Translations under genes and position numbers: made by a program
From: an uncultured Gemmatimonadota bacterium
Lineage (GTDB): Bacteria > SM23-81 > DAOVCL01
Direction of reading: 5' to 3'
DNA: 64,000 bases
NCBI GenBank assembly: GCA_964626665.1
Contig: CAZVGK010000015.1
Coordinates: 1-64,000, forward strand
The notes under the pieces: model-generated
Seen by the model: only the letters and a program-made list of their open reading frames with translations
What the model was told of the DNA's origin: nothing
Database searches by the model: none
Shown here: one piece after another, positions 39,488 through 48,700 of the stretch
Numbering within the stretch: the stretch's first letter is position 1
Layout: every line of letters begins with the position of its first letter

Positions 39488-40300
39488 TCACCCCTTGGGA
39501 GTGATAATCTTAGCCTTCTTGGGGGGAATAAACTCAAAATTTTTATCAGGTATGGGTTGGTTCAACCTCACCCGGGAGAAGTTGTCCGTCTCCTCCAGGA
39601 TTTCCCCCTGATAAATTGACCTTGTCAATACTCTATTGGGGAATAAGAGACTGTCCCCATACAGGGAGTAATCTTCATATTTTGTCTGGCTGACCAGGTT
39701 TCCCTCTAAATCGAATATCTCATAAGCCAGAATTACCCATTTCTTGGGGTCTATCTTAATTAAGATCTTAGAGATGAGTTCCCCTCCAGATTTCGGCTTT
39801 GCGGAGACAACCAAATCCCCATTGAGGGTATCAAATAGGGAAAAGCTGAACCCCTCCCTAAGCTGGTCAAACACATTGAGACCTATCAGCCCCTCTATGC
39901 CCAGTGCCTCCCTCTCAAACCTATTCATCCTGGCAATGTGGAACTTTAGGACTACATTCTCCTCTACATTGTCCACCCAACAGAGCGAGTCATTGGAGCA
40001 AACGATCTGATGGGGGTTAGCGAATTCCACATAGGAGCAATGAGGCCTCTTTATCAAAAACCTCCCTTTTATGCTCTGAGTATTCCCGCCACCCTGGATG
40101 TTTCTGCTTATCATCCCTCCGATGGTTTTTATCTTAGCGTATTGCTCATTTACCATTTGGATAATGTGTTCAACCTCCTGATCAGCCAGCAAGTTAGAGG
40201 AAGGTGAAAAAAGGAGACCAATGAGCAGAAACAGGATTGGCAATCCCTTGGCAAGCCGCCCCTTTGGAGGGGGGATCTTTTTCCATAAGCAGAAATTCAT
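39488..40300 (-). CDS. LolA-family outer-membrane lipoprotein carrier/sorting protein
   Basis: KGRFLIKRP, IVCSNDSLCW, IDPKKW, LNQPIPDKNFEFIPP. Confidence 0.75.
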   Translation of the reverse strand: MNFCLWKKIPPPKGRLAKGLPILFLLIGLLFSPSSNLLADQEVEHIIQMVNEQYAKIKTIGGMISRNIQGGGNTQSIKGRFLIKRPHCSYVEFANPHQIVCSNDSLCWVDNVEENVVLKFHIARMNRFEREALGIEGLIGLNVFDQLREGFSFSLFDTLNGDLVVSAKPKSGGELISKILIKIDPKKWVILAYEIFDLEGNLVSQTKYEDYSLYGDSLLFPNRVLTRSIYQGEILEETDNFSRVRLNQPIPDKNFEFIPPKKAKIITPKG

Positions 40301-40427
40301 TCTTCGCTCTCGTCAGGTATAGAAATTAAGATTTTAACAGGTTAAAATGTGATTGTCAAGGTTTTTCTTTGGTTTTTTCAAGAATTGATTTGCCCTCAAA
40401 GTTATTCCACTTTATCTTAGCCTCAGG

Positions 40428-41024
40428 ATGGATGACGAATATCTTACCATTAAGGGTTTAGCCCAAAGCGAGATAAAGGTTAAGGGTTCCCGGTTTATCG
40501 CCACAGCTAAACCTGTAGGGACCGAGGGGGAGGCCAAATCCTTTCTTCAACGGGTGTCCGACGAATTCCGAGATGCTACTCACAATTCTTATGCTTACCG
40601 GCTAAAGGAAGGGGTCTTTCGGTTTAGCGATGCCGGAGAACCCTCTGGAACTGCCGGGAAACCCATCCTGAGTGCGATCGATTCTCAAGGCCTGACCGAT
40701 CTGGCCCTGATAGTCACCCGGTATTTTGGCGGGACAAAACTGGGTGTGGGAGGTCTCATCAGGGCCTACCATCAGGCTACCCTATCTTGCCTTCAGAGGG
40801 CAAAGGTAATCACCGCCTACATAACCGAGACCCTAACTCTGGAGTTCCCTTACGATCAAACGAATACGGCTAAAAGGTTGTTGAGCCAGTTTGGGGCTGA
40901 GTCAATCGAAGAGGAATATTCTGATAGGGTGAGGATGACTGTAACGGTGAGGAGATCCTTCCTCGATAAGTTCCAAAGGGCAATAACTGAAGCCACTAAT
41001 GGAAGGGCAGAGATTACATTTTGA
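40428..41024 (+). CDS. yigZ: YigZ/IMPACT family protein
   Basis: KGSRFIA, DATHNSYAY, SDAGEPSGTAGKP, VTRYFGGTKLGVGGLIRAY. Confidence 0.93.
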   Translation: MDDEYLTIKGLAQSEIKVKGSRFIATAKPVGTEGEAKSFLQRVSDEFRDATHNSYAYRLKEGVFRFSDAGEPSGTAGKPILSAIDSQGLTDLALIVTRYFGGTKLGVGGLIRAYHQATLSCLQRAKVITAYITETLTLEFPYDQTNTAKRLLSQFGAESIEEEYSDRVRMTVTVRRSFLDKFQRAITEATNGRAEITF

Positions 41025-41917
41025 TGTCATTGGTCTGGGGATTGCCCCTCTTGATGTATCAGGCATTCTTCCCAGATATCCCTCCTTAGATGAGAAGACC
41101 GAATTTACCCAAACTTCCATTCATGGAGGAGGGCCAGTTCCCACGGCAATGGTTACCCTGGTTAGGCTGGGGGCTAAGGTTTCCTTTGTGGGCAAAATAG
41201 GGAATGATCCCAATGGAGTTCTGGTGAAAGAGGAGCTGGAAAGAGAGGGAGTGAATACCTCCCAGCTTATCATTGACCCAAAAGCCGAGACATCAGTGGC
41301 CTATATTTGGATTGATGGCAAAAGTGGAAAGAAGACCATAGCTCTGGACAGGACGAGCATCTCTGCTCTAAAACCTCAGGAGTTGGACAGGGAGCACATC
41401 ACCTCCGGCAGGTTCCTCCATCTTGATGGAAGGGAAACTGAAGCCTGCTTAAGGGCGGCCCGGTGGGCAAGGGAGGAGGGAATTAGGGTGGTGCTCGATC
41501 TGGGTAGCTTAAGGCCAAAGTTGGAGTCCATCCTCGGCTTAACTGATTATCTGATAACCTCAGAGAGGTTTGCCCAGGCCTACACCGGGTTGATCGATCC
41601 TAAGAAAGCCGCCCAAGCCCTTTTCCAGCCTCATTATCAGGCTGTGGTAATCACACTTGGGAGAGAGGGGCTCGCTGGGCTACTCACCTCCTATAACCAT
41701 ATATCAACCTCCTTTTGCGGTCAAGGTTGTCGACACCACCGGAGCCGGGGATGTCTTTCACGGAGCCTTTATCTACAGTCTGCTACAGGGTTGGAACCTG
41801 GCCAAGGCCCTGAAGTTCTCCAGTGGAGCAGCTGCCTTGAAGTGCACCAAAATTGGAGGAAGGGAGGGTATCCCTACCAGGGATGAGGTGGAAAGGTTAA
41901 TCAGGGAAAATGGTTAA
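40999..41917 (+). pseudogene. PfkB-family carbohydrate kinase split by a one-base frameshift at about 41659-41670
   Basis: GGGPVPTA in frame 1; VVDTTGAGDVFHGAF only in the +1 frame (41657-41917). Confidence 0.85.
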
Positions 41918-42791
41918 GAAGAAGTTGGCCAAAGAGAGGGCCAACCAGGCTAAGGAACTTCTCACTAAATGTAAACTCTGTCCGCGAGACTGTAAGGTTA
42001 ATAGACTCAAGGGTGGAATGGGAGTTTGTGGCGGGGGAAAGTTGGCTCGGATAGCAAGTGTTGCTCCCCATTTTGGAGAGGAGAAGGTGTTGGTGGGCAG
42101 ACATGGGTCTGGGACGATCTTCTTCGCCGGTTGTGGCCTAAGGTGTAGTTTCTGCCAAAACTACCAGATTAGCCATCTTAACCAGGGGAAGGAGGTTTCC
42201 GCTGCCAAGCTCGCTGAGGAGATGCTCTATCTCCAATACATTGGCTGTCACAACATAAACCTGGTTACCCCCACACATTTTCTTCCTCACATTATTAAAG
42301 CTTTGGGAATTGCTTATTCGAAGGGGCTGGAGCTGCCCATAGTTTACAATTGTGGCGGCTACGAGTCACTGGAGGCCCTGGAGCTTCTGGATGGGTTGGT
42401 GGACATCTATATGCCCGATTTGAAGTTCACAGATCCTGGGGTGGGGGAAGAGCTCTCCCATGCTGCAGACTATTATCCTGTGGCCCAGAAGGCGATCAGG
42501 GAAATGCATCGCCAGGTGGGTGACTTAGAGGTTGATGGGGAAGGGATAGCCCAAAGGGGGCTCCTTCTCAGGCACCTTGTCCTTCCCAATGGAGTTGCCG
42601 GAACCCAGGAGGCGATGAGGTTTATCGCCCAAGAGGTTTCGGTTAACACCTATGTAAACATTATGGACCAATACCGTCCCTGTTATAAGGCCACGGAGAA
42701 CCCTCAGCTCAACCGCCGGATAACAAAGGAAGAGTATCAGAAGGCTCTGGAGATAGCCAGAGGCTATGGCCTTCACAGGTTCGCAGATTAA
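41910..42791 (+). CDS. Radical SAM protein, PflX family
   Basis: CKLCPRDC, GSGTIFFAGCGLRCSFCQNYQIS, GCHNINLVTPTH, DIYMPDLK. Confidence 0.9.
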   Translation: MVKKKLAKERANQAKELLTKCKLCPRDCKVNRLKGGMGVCGGGKLARIASVAPHFGEEKVLVGRHGSGTIFFAGCGLRCSFCQNYQISHLNQGKEVSAAKLAEEMLYLQYIGCHNINLVTPTHFLPHIIKALGIAYSKGLELPIVYNCGGYESLEALELLDGLVDIYMPDLKFTDPGVGEELSHAADYYPVAQKAIREMHRQVGDLEVDGEGIAQRGLLLRHLVLPNGVAGTQEAMRFIAQEVSVNTYVNIMDQYRPCYKATENPQLNRRITKEEYQKALEIARGYGLHRFAD

Positions 42792-43382
42792 ACCAGCTCC
42801 GTTCTTGGCTTCCTCAGATATATACTCCGAACGGTCATAGCTTAAGCATTTTCGGGATTTCTTTTAACCGCAAAGAACGCAGAGATCGCAAAGGATTTTA
42901 CTCTGTGGGTCTTGCGTCTTCTTCGCGAACTTTGCGGTTAGAAAACGCAGATTATACCCGTGTAAAGTATACAAGGGATATTCTACCACGCTTTAGCGCA
43001 GGGTCTTCCTGAGCCGTCAGTTGCCCTCCTCTGACGGCTCGCCGCAAAGGATGTGCGTTAATCTGCGTCCCATAGAGTCCGTCTGAAGCGAGCTAAGTTC
43101 AGTGTAGGGGTTCGATTCATCGAACCCGCAAGACGGTCGGATAAATCCGATCCTTACGAAGATTTTCTCCCACCCTTTACCCCATCCATTCATAAATTCG
43201 TAGGTAACATCTCAGGTCGCCGAAAGTTTTTATTGCAAGGACAGAGGAAAGCGGACAGGCATAAGGTTTCTCCCTACAGAACTCCGTCAGGGCAAGGGGC
43301 CTACCAGCACAGAAAATCCAGAGGATCTGCGTTAATCTGCGTCCCACAGAGTCCACCCGCAGGACATTAAGTTCTTCTCGGG

Positions 43383-43410
43383 GGAACCATTCGGCCTTGG
43401 TAATCGTCTA
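43383..43410 (+). promoter_or_regulatory. ECF-type promoter, probably autoregulatory
   Basis: GGAACC-16nt-CGTCTA just upstream of the ECF sigma gene. Confidence 0.6.
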
Positions 43411-43428
43411 TTCTTATGAGAGAGGCAA

Positions 43429-43938
43429 ATGAGATCTGACAAAATGATTATAGAGGCTGTTTTAACGGGAGATAAAGAGGCGTTCGCAGAGATTGTGAAC
43501 CGATATAAAGATCCGCTCTTCAGATATCTCCTCTCCTTGGGGGCCCAGATGGAAGAAGCAAGAGATTTAGCTCAGGACTCCTTTTTCAAGCTTTTTCTCA
43601 CCCTGGAAAATTTTGGCTTTCGCTCAAGCCTCTACACTTATCTCTGTCGCATAGGCAGAAATCTGCATATCGACCGAGTAAGGAGGCAAAGGAGGGAAAG
43701 AGAGGTAATTGGGTATTGGGTGGATTGCCATCAGCCTAAAATACCCCAAAAGATGGAGCTCCTTGAGGCCCTTTCCCGCCTGCCCCCTGAACAAAGGTTG
43801 GTTATGGACTTCTTCTACATTCAGGGATACAAACAGAGGGAGATTGCTGAGTTATTGGGGATACCCACAGGGACGGTGAAGTCAAGGATAGACAGGGGAT
43901 TAAAGAAGTTGAAAGGTATATTAAATGAAGAGACTTAG
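43429..43938 (+). CDS. ECF RNA polymerase sigma factor
   Basis: GDKEAFAEIVNRY, ARDLAQDSF, EIAELLGIPTGTVKSRI. Confidence 0.92.
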   Translation: MRSDKMIIEAVLTGDKEAFAEIVNRYKDPLFRYLLSLGAQMEEARDLAQDSFFKLFLTLENFGFRSSLYTYLCRIGRNLHIDRVRRQRREREVIGYWVDCHQPKIPQKMELLEALSRLPPEQRLVMDFFYIQGYKQREIAELLGIPTGTVKSRIDRGLKKLKGILNEET

Positions 43939-44125
43939 AGAATTAAAGGTTCATAAACTGGATGGGAATTTTACCTCCGAGGTAATGGCTAAAATAGAGT
44001 TGGCCCAGAGGATGAAGGGTTTGTATACATTTTCTCGGATAGGGAGAACTTTAGCTTCCTATGGCTTTGGCCGTATGGTTCGAAGGAAGGTAGTTAGAAG
44101 AAGAATCTTAATTCCAAGGAGGTAG
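43925..44125 (+). CDS. Small basic protein, possible anti-sigma factor
   Basis: Overlaps the sigma stop; NFTSEVMAKI motif. Confidence 0.6.
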   Translation: MKRLRELKVHKLDGNFTSEVMAKIELAQRMKGLYTFSRIGRTLASYGFGRMVRRKVVRRRILIPRR

Positions 44126-44129
44126 AGAA

Positions 44130-44870
44130 ATGTTAAATTTTGCAGAGGTTATTGAGAAGGTTCCTCAGAGGTTGCCTCAGATAGAGGTAGAAAAACCCCC
44201 AGAGAGGGAGATAGAGCTTCTCATCAAAGGTGATCCTTCCTTTATGAACAGATTCCAGTATGGGGACGAATATATCTGGTGCGATTATGACTATCCCTCA
44301 AAGGAGCTGAGCCAGGTTAGCCTCTGCCAGGTGGGGGGACCGATGCTGGTTAATGGAGAGGAAACCTTTGAGCTCTGGATAAGGGGTTACAACCCAAAAG
44401 GGGAGAGGTCAGATGAATCCTGGTGGTATCATGCGGTCAAGGGGGAGAAAGTAGATACCCTTCTCTTTGTAAGCAAAGACAACGAGGGAAAGGGAAAGGT
44501 TGAGGAAACCGAAATTAGCTTCCCTTTGCGGGTGAGGACAGGCCAGAGATGGAAGTCAAAGGAGGTTTATCATACTGGTAGGTTACACAGAGAAAGTGAA
44601 TCTCAGGAAGAGGTTGATGGCCCCTATCTGGTTAAGTTTGGAGAGACCGAGGAGGAGTGTATAAGGTGGCTGATGGCTGGCCACGGAGAGGGGAGAAAGG
44701 ACCTGGCTGAGGTTTTTATCTCCATTAAATCCGGGATTACTTTCCTTTTCCGCAGATACAACGGCTCAGGGTGGGACAATCTAAGGGAGCTAAAGGATTC
44801 CCCTAAGGTTAACTACGGTGGGGAGGATTATCTTCTCTGGTACTGCTCGATTCCGTTCAGAGGCATTTAG
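44130..44870 (+). CDS. Hypothetical cytoplasmic protein in the ECF operon
   Basis: 246 aa, SD AGGAGG. Confidence 0.75.
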   Translation: MLNFAEVIEKVPQRLPQIEVEKPPEREIELLIKGDPSFMNRFQYGDEYIWCDYDYPSKELSQVSLCQVGGPMLVNGEETFELWIRGYNPKGERSDESWWYHAVKGEKVDTLLFVSKDNEGKGKVEETEISFPLRVRTGQRWKSKEVYHTGRLHRESESQEEVDGPYLVKFGETEEECIRWLMAGHGEGRKDLAEVFISIKSGITFLFRRYNGSGWDNLRELKDSPKVNYGGEDYLLWYCSIPFRGI

Positions 44871-45078
44871 CCTGAACCGATACGGAAATACCACAAGATT
44901 TGAACTTTGGCGATTTATGCATCTCTTGTAGGGATAAACCTTCAGGCCTGTCCGCTCTCCTCCGTTGTTCCGAGAGGGTGGGGGCTATGGAGTACGTCAA
45001 TTCCTGTTGACGCATGCTGTGACAGAAGTCACAGCACTCCAAAATTATGGAGCGAAGTGAAAAGGATGTGACAAAAAT

Positions 45079-45561
45079 TTAGCCATTGCAGAGTTGTCTG
45101 TGAGGACATCGGCGACAGGCAAAGCCCTTGCGGGTCCATCTTTTTAAAAGTGGGAGGAATAGGGATAGCCCAAAGATGATCAGCCAGTGGAGGTTCCTCT
45201 GGGTAAGTAATTTGAAAAGGGCTAAGAGAGAGGGTAGTACCCAGATGAGAGTTAAAAGCAAGGCAAAGTGAAGGCTAAAGGCAAAATCCTTCTCTTTACC
45301 CCGGGGGAAGAGAAAGGCAGCGACCTTTCCCCATCCTATCTGGCACCTTTTCCCATACCAATAACAATTTCGGCACCTGGAGAGAGGAAGAATAACTAAA
45401 ACACCAAAAACGGCATAGATGGAGTAGACAATTGCTGCCATCTGGTTTAATCTGTTGAAGATATAAAATCCCAGGGCGAAAATGGAACCACAGATTATCC
45501 ACCTGAGGATGATCAATGCCCAAGGATATGCCTCCCTGGGGAGTCTTTCCTCTCCCTCCAT
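45079..45561 (-). CDS. Four-TM membrane protein with Cys clusters
   Basis: CRNCYWYGKRC, CRRCPHRQLC; start moved to ATG 45561. Confidence 0.7.
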   Translation of the reverse strand: MEGEERLPREAYPWALIILRWIICGSIFALGFYIFNRLNQMAAIVYSIYAVFGVLVILPLSRCRNCYWYGKRCQIGWGKVAAFLFPRGKEKDFAFSLHFALLLTLIWVLPSLLALFKLLTQRNLHWLIIFGLSLFLPLLKRWTRKGFACRRCPHRQLCNG

Positions 45562-45798
45562 TTGTTTCCTCCCTTCTTTTATAAAAGCTTGAACACGAAT
45601 TCCACGAATAGACAAATGGCACGAATTCTAATTGACTCGGCTTTCAGCGTTCAGCCTTCAGCACTCAGCTTTTAACACCGAGGTGGCAGAACCCCGATTC
45701 TGCCACTCTCCCTTAATCGCCGTCAGGTGAGGGCACCTGACGGCTCGTCTATTCCTGTGGATTCGTTTATTCGTGCCATTTGTGTTCCAAAGCTTCGA

Positions 45799-48700
45799 CT
45801 ATTTTATGAGGAGAAGTTTACGTACCCCTTGAAAATCCCCGGCCCTGAGCCGACAGAAGTAGATGCCGCTTGCTAACCCTTTGGTATTCCATGTAACTGC
45901 CTTATATCCTGGGGTTTGTTTCCCATCCACCAATGTGACTACCTTCTGCCCAAGGATGTTGTAGATTTCCAGGCTGACCGCTGATCGCTGACCTGTGCTC
46001 GGAACGGCATCGCTGACAGCCGGGATGGCGTAGCGGATGAGGGTGGTGGAATTAAAGGGGTTGGGGTAGTTCTGAAAGAGGGTAAAAAAGGTCGGGAGCT
46101 TCCTCCCGCTGACCTCACTTTTTACCCCCACTGAATAGTCTACATAGGATACTTTTACATCATCAATATACCAACCTGCCCTGGTGCCTGAGCCATTTGA
46201 GCCAAACTGCCACCTGATAACCGCCGTATCGCCCTCTCCTAAATAGGGTGAGAGGTCAACTTTGGCCTTCTCCCAGAAGCTATGGTTACCTGTATAGCAC
46301 CGTTGTCCCGGTATGCCAGAGTTGTCTAAAGGAACCCAACCCTGAGGATAAGGATCTTCGGGATCGATGATCTGCCAATCTCCCCCGTTTACCGAGATCT
46401 TCAGATTACCACCATCCGCATCCTGGCAGTCATACCAGTGCCAGAACTCCAAGGTTGCCTTAGAGGAGTTGGGGATGGGTAGCTTAGGGGAATCAAGGAT
46501 AGAATTGGAGTTATTAGAGTAGGAACCATCTAAGGATGTTGCCCAGAGGTTAGAGTCGCTGTGGGCCCCGCTCGGGCCATATTGGGGCTTTCCCCATTGC
46601 CAATTGCCAGAGGGGAAGAGTGCTCCGCTGTCTGAGTCAAAATCGGAGAAATAGATATAGACCCTTGGATAAAGAACAAGGTCTATGCTCGTCGTTTCCT
46701 CATAAGATATGGTTACCTCAGATATAAGGGTATCCTCATACCCTTCCTTTGAGGCCCGCAGGGTATAGCTTCCTTGGTAGAGCCCATCCAGATGCCAATT
46801 GCCATCAGCAGAGGTGGTATCTGCTGCAGAAAACGCTCCCGAAGTTAGGGTTACTACAGCCCCTCCATCATTGGGTCTACCCCTCAAATCAACCATTCCG
46901 CGGATCATACCTTGGGGTTCCCCTTCCTTTGCCAAAAGATAGAAACAGGTGTTTTCCAAGAGGTCCTTTCGCTGCAAGCTATCCGTAAGGGCAAGGAAGT
47001 TGAAGCTATAGAAGACTATCTGCCCACCTTGCGGATCTGGGGTGGGATCATAGACCAAGACACCAGCATCACCATCATTGCACTGATAGACCACAAAGGC
47101 ATCCCCAGCGGGGACCGATGCATCCTGGTCCCCCCAGTCAAAGGGATCAAAGGTTATCCCCAGGGTAGAAGGCAGCCTGTTGGGATAATTGGCAATGGGA
47201 TGATCGCTGAAGGAGCCAACCTGGTTTAAATCCCCCGCTTCGTCTCCTTCCCATCCCGTTATATGGAGGACACTTTGGGCAAAGGAGGGATATTTCGGAT
47301 CCACGCAAGAGTCATAGCCCAGCTCTCCCCCTTCAATAAGCAGTTTGCCCCCGCTTGCCACATAGCTTTCCAAGGCATCCCGATAAGATGAGATTACCAC
47401 GGGGCTTTGATCCTGTCCATCGCTCCAAATGATGAAAGGATAATTACTCCAATTGGACGGATTTGTAGAAGAGGATGGTTCCAATTTGGCATTGAGGTTC
47501 AGCTCCCGTAAATATTGGACGATAGTCTGCGCTGCTCCCTTTGCCTTTGTCTTCTCCCATTTTTTGTTTGTCGCGCCCCCCCTGACATTTACAAGCCCCT
47601 GCTTCCCTGTTTCATCGTCAATTACCAGAATGCTATCTGCAAATGGGAGCATCCCAAAATCCTCTTTCAGGCTATCCTCCCCAAACGAAACAGTTGTTGT
47701 CCGAGGAAGATGCAGCCAGGAACTGACTTTAAAAGTATAGCCGAAGTAGGGAAGTTTTACAGAGAAGCTCCCCCCCTGTGTGGAGTCCGTTTGGATGGTA
47801 GCGTAAAGTTGTGGTCTTTCCTCTCTGGTAAAGACGCGGACAGTGGCGTTCAGCGGTTCACCAGTGGAAGAATCATAGACTACCCCCTCAACCTTTCCTT
47901 GAGAAGCAGAATTCAAGCATAAGGCGATGTCGTTTACATTATGCCTTAAAAGGATAGCTGTTTTCTTTGGACTGTATCCAAACATTTCCAGGTAGAGATC
48001 ATATACCCCAACGGGGAGTTTCTCTTCTACTTGAAACCTACCCCTGCCATCGGTATCCAGTTTGAAAAGGGGAGAAACCGAGGATGTATCAGCTCCTCCG
48101 GGGAATCCCAGGATTTGCACCCCGCTCAGGGAGTCTTGGCTGAGACTGTCGTACACAACACCCGATAGCCACCCATACACTTCGGTCACTGGGATGTCCT
48201 TTTGATAAATCTTAAAGCCGGACTTGGCGATCGCACACTTGAGACTCCCTACGGTATCAGGGAGAACCTCCACCTCTGTGGCATAGCCCGAAGTATAGAC
48301 GCTTGTATTCACCCCACATCCCCTGGCAAAGAGGGAAAAGCCTGGGTTCCATACCTGAGCCTGGATCTCCCCGGCAATATCTGGAGTCAAGGCATTAATC
48401 AGCCAGATAGAGGGGACAAAGGCAGAGATGGAGGGTGAAGTAAGAGTTAAACCACCTATGATTATAATCGAATCTGCAAGCAGATCATAAGCATCCCCTA
48501 TCTTCCTGCCCTTGACCATAAGAACCTCCCCATAGGGAGGGTAAACCATAAGGGATGCTTCCCCCAGGCTATTAGTGGTATCCACAAGGGAAATTCCCCA
48601 ACCCGAAATGGTAACCTCCACATCCGGTATGGGTTGAGCCGTTCCCTCGTCCAAAACCTTAACTTCCACCTGAGTAGAGGTGTTTATGGGGATGGAGTCC

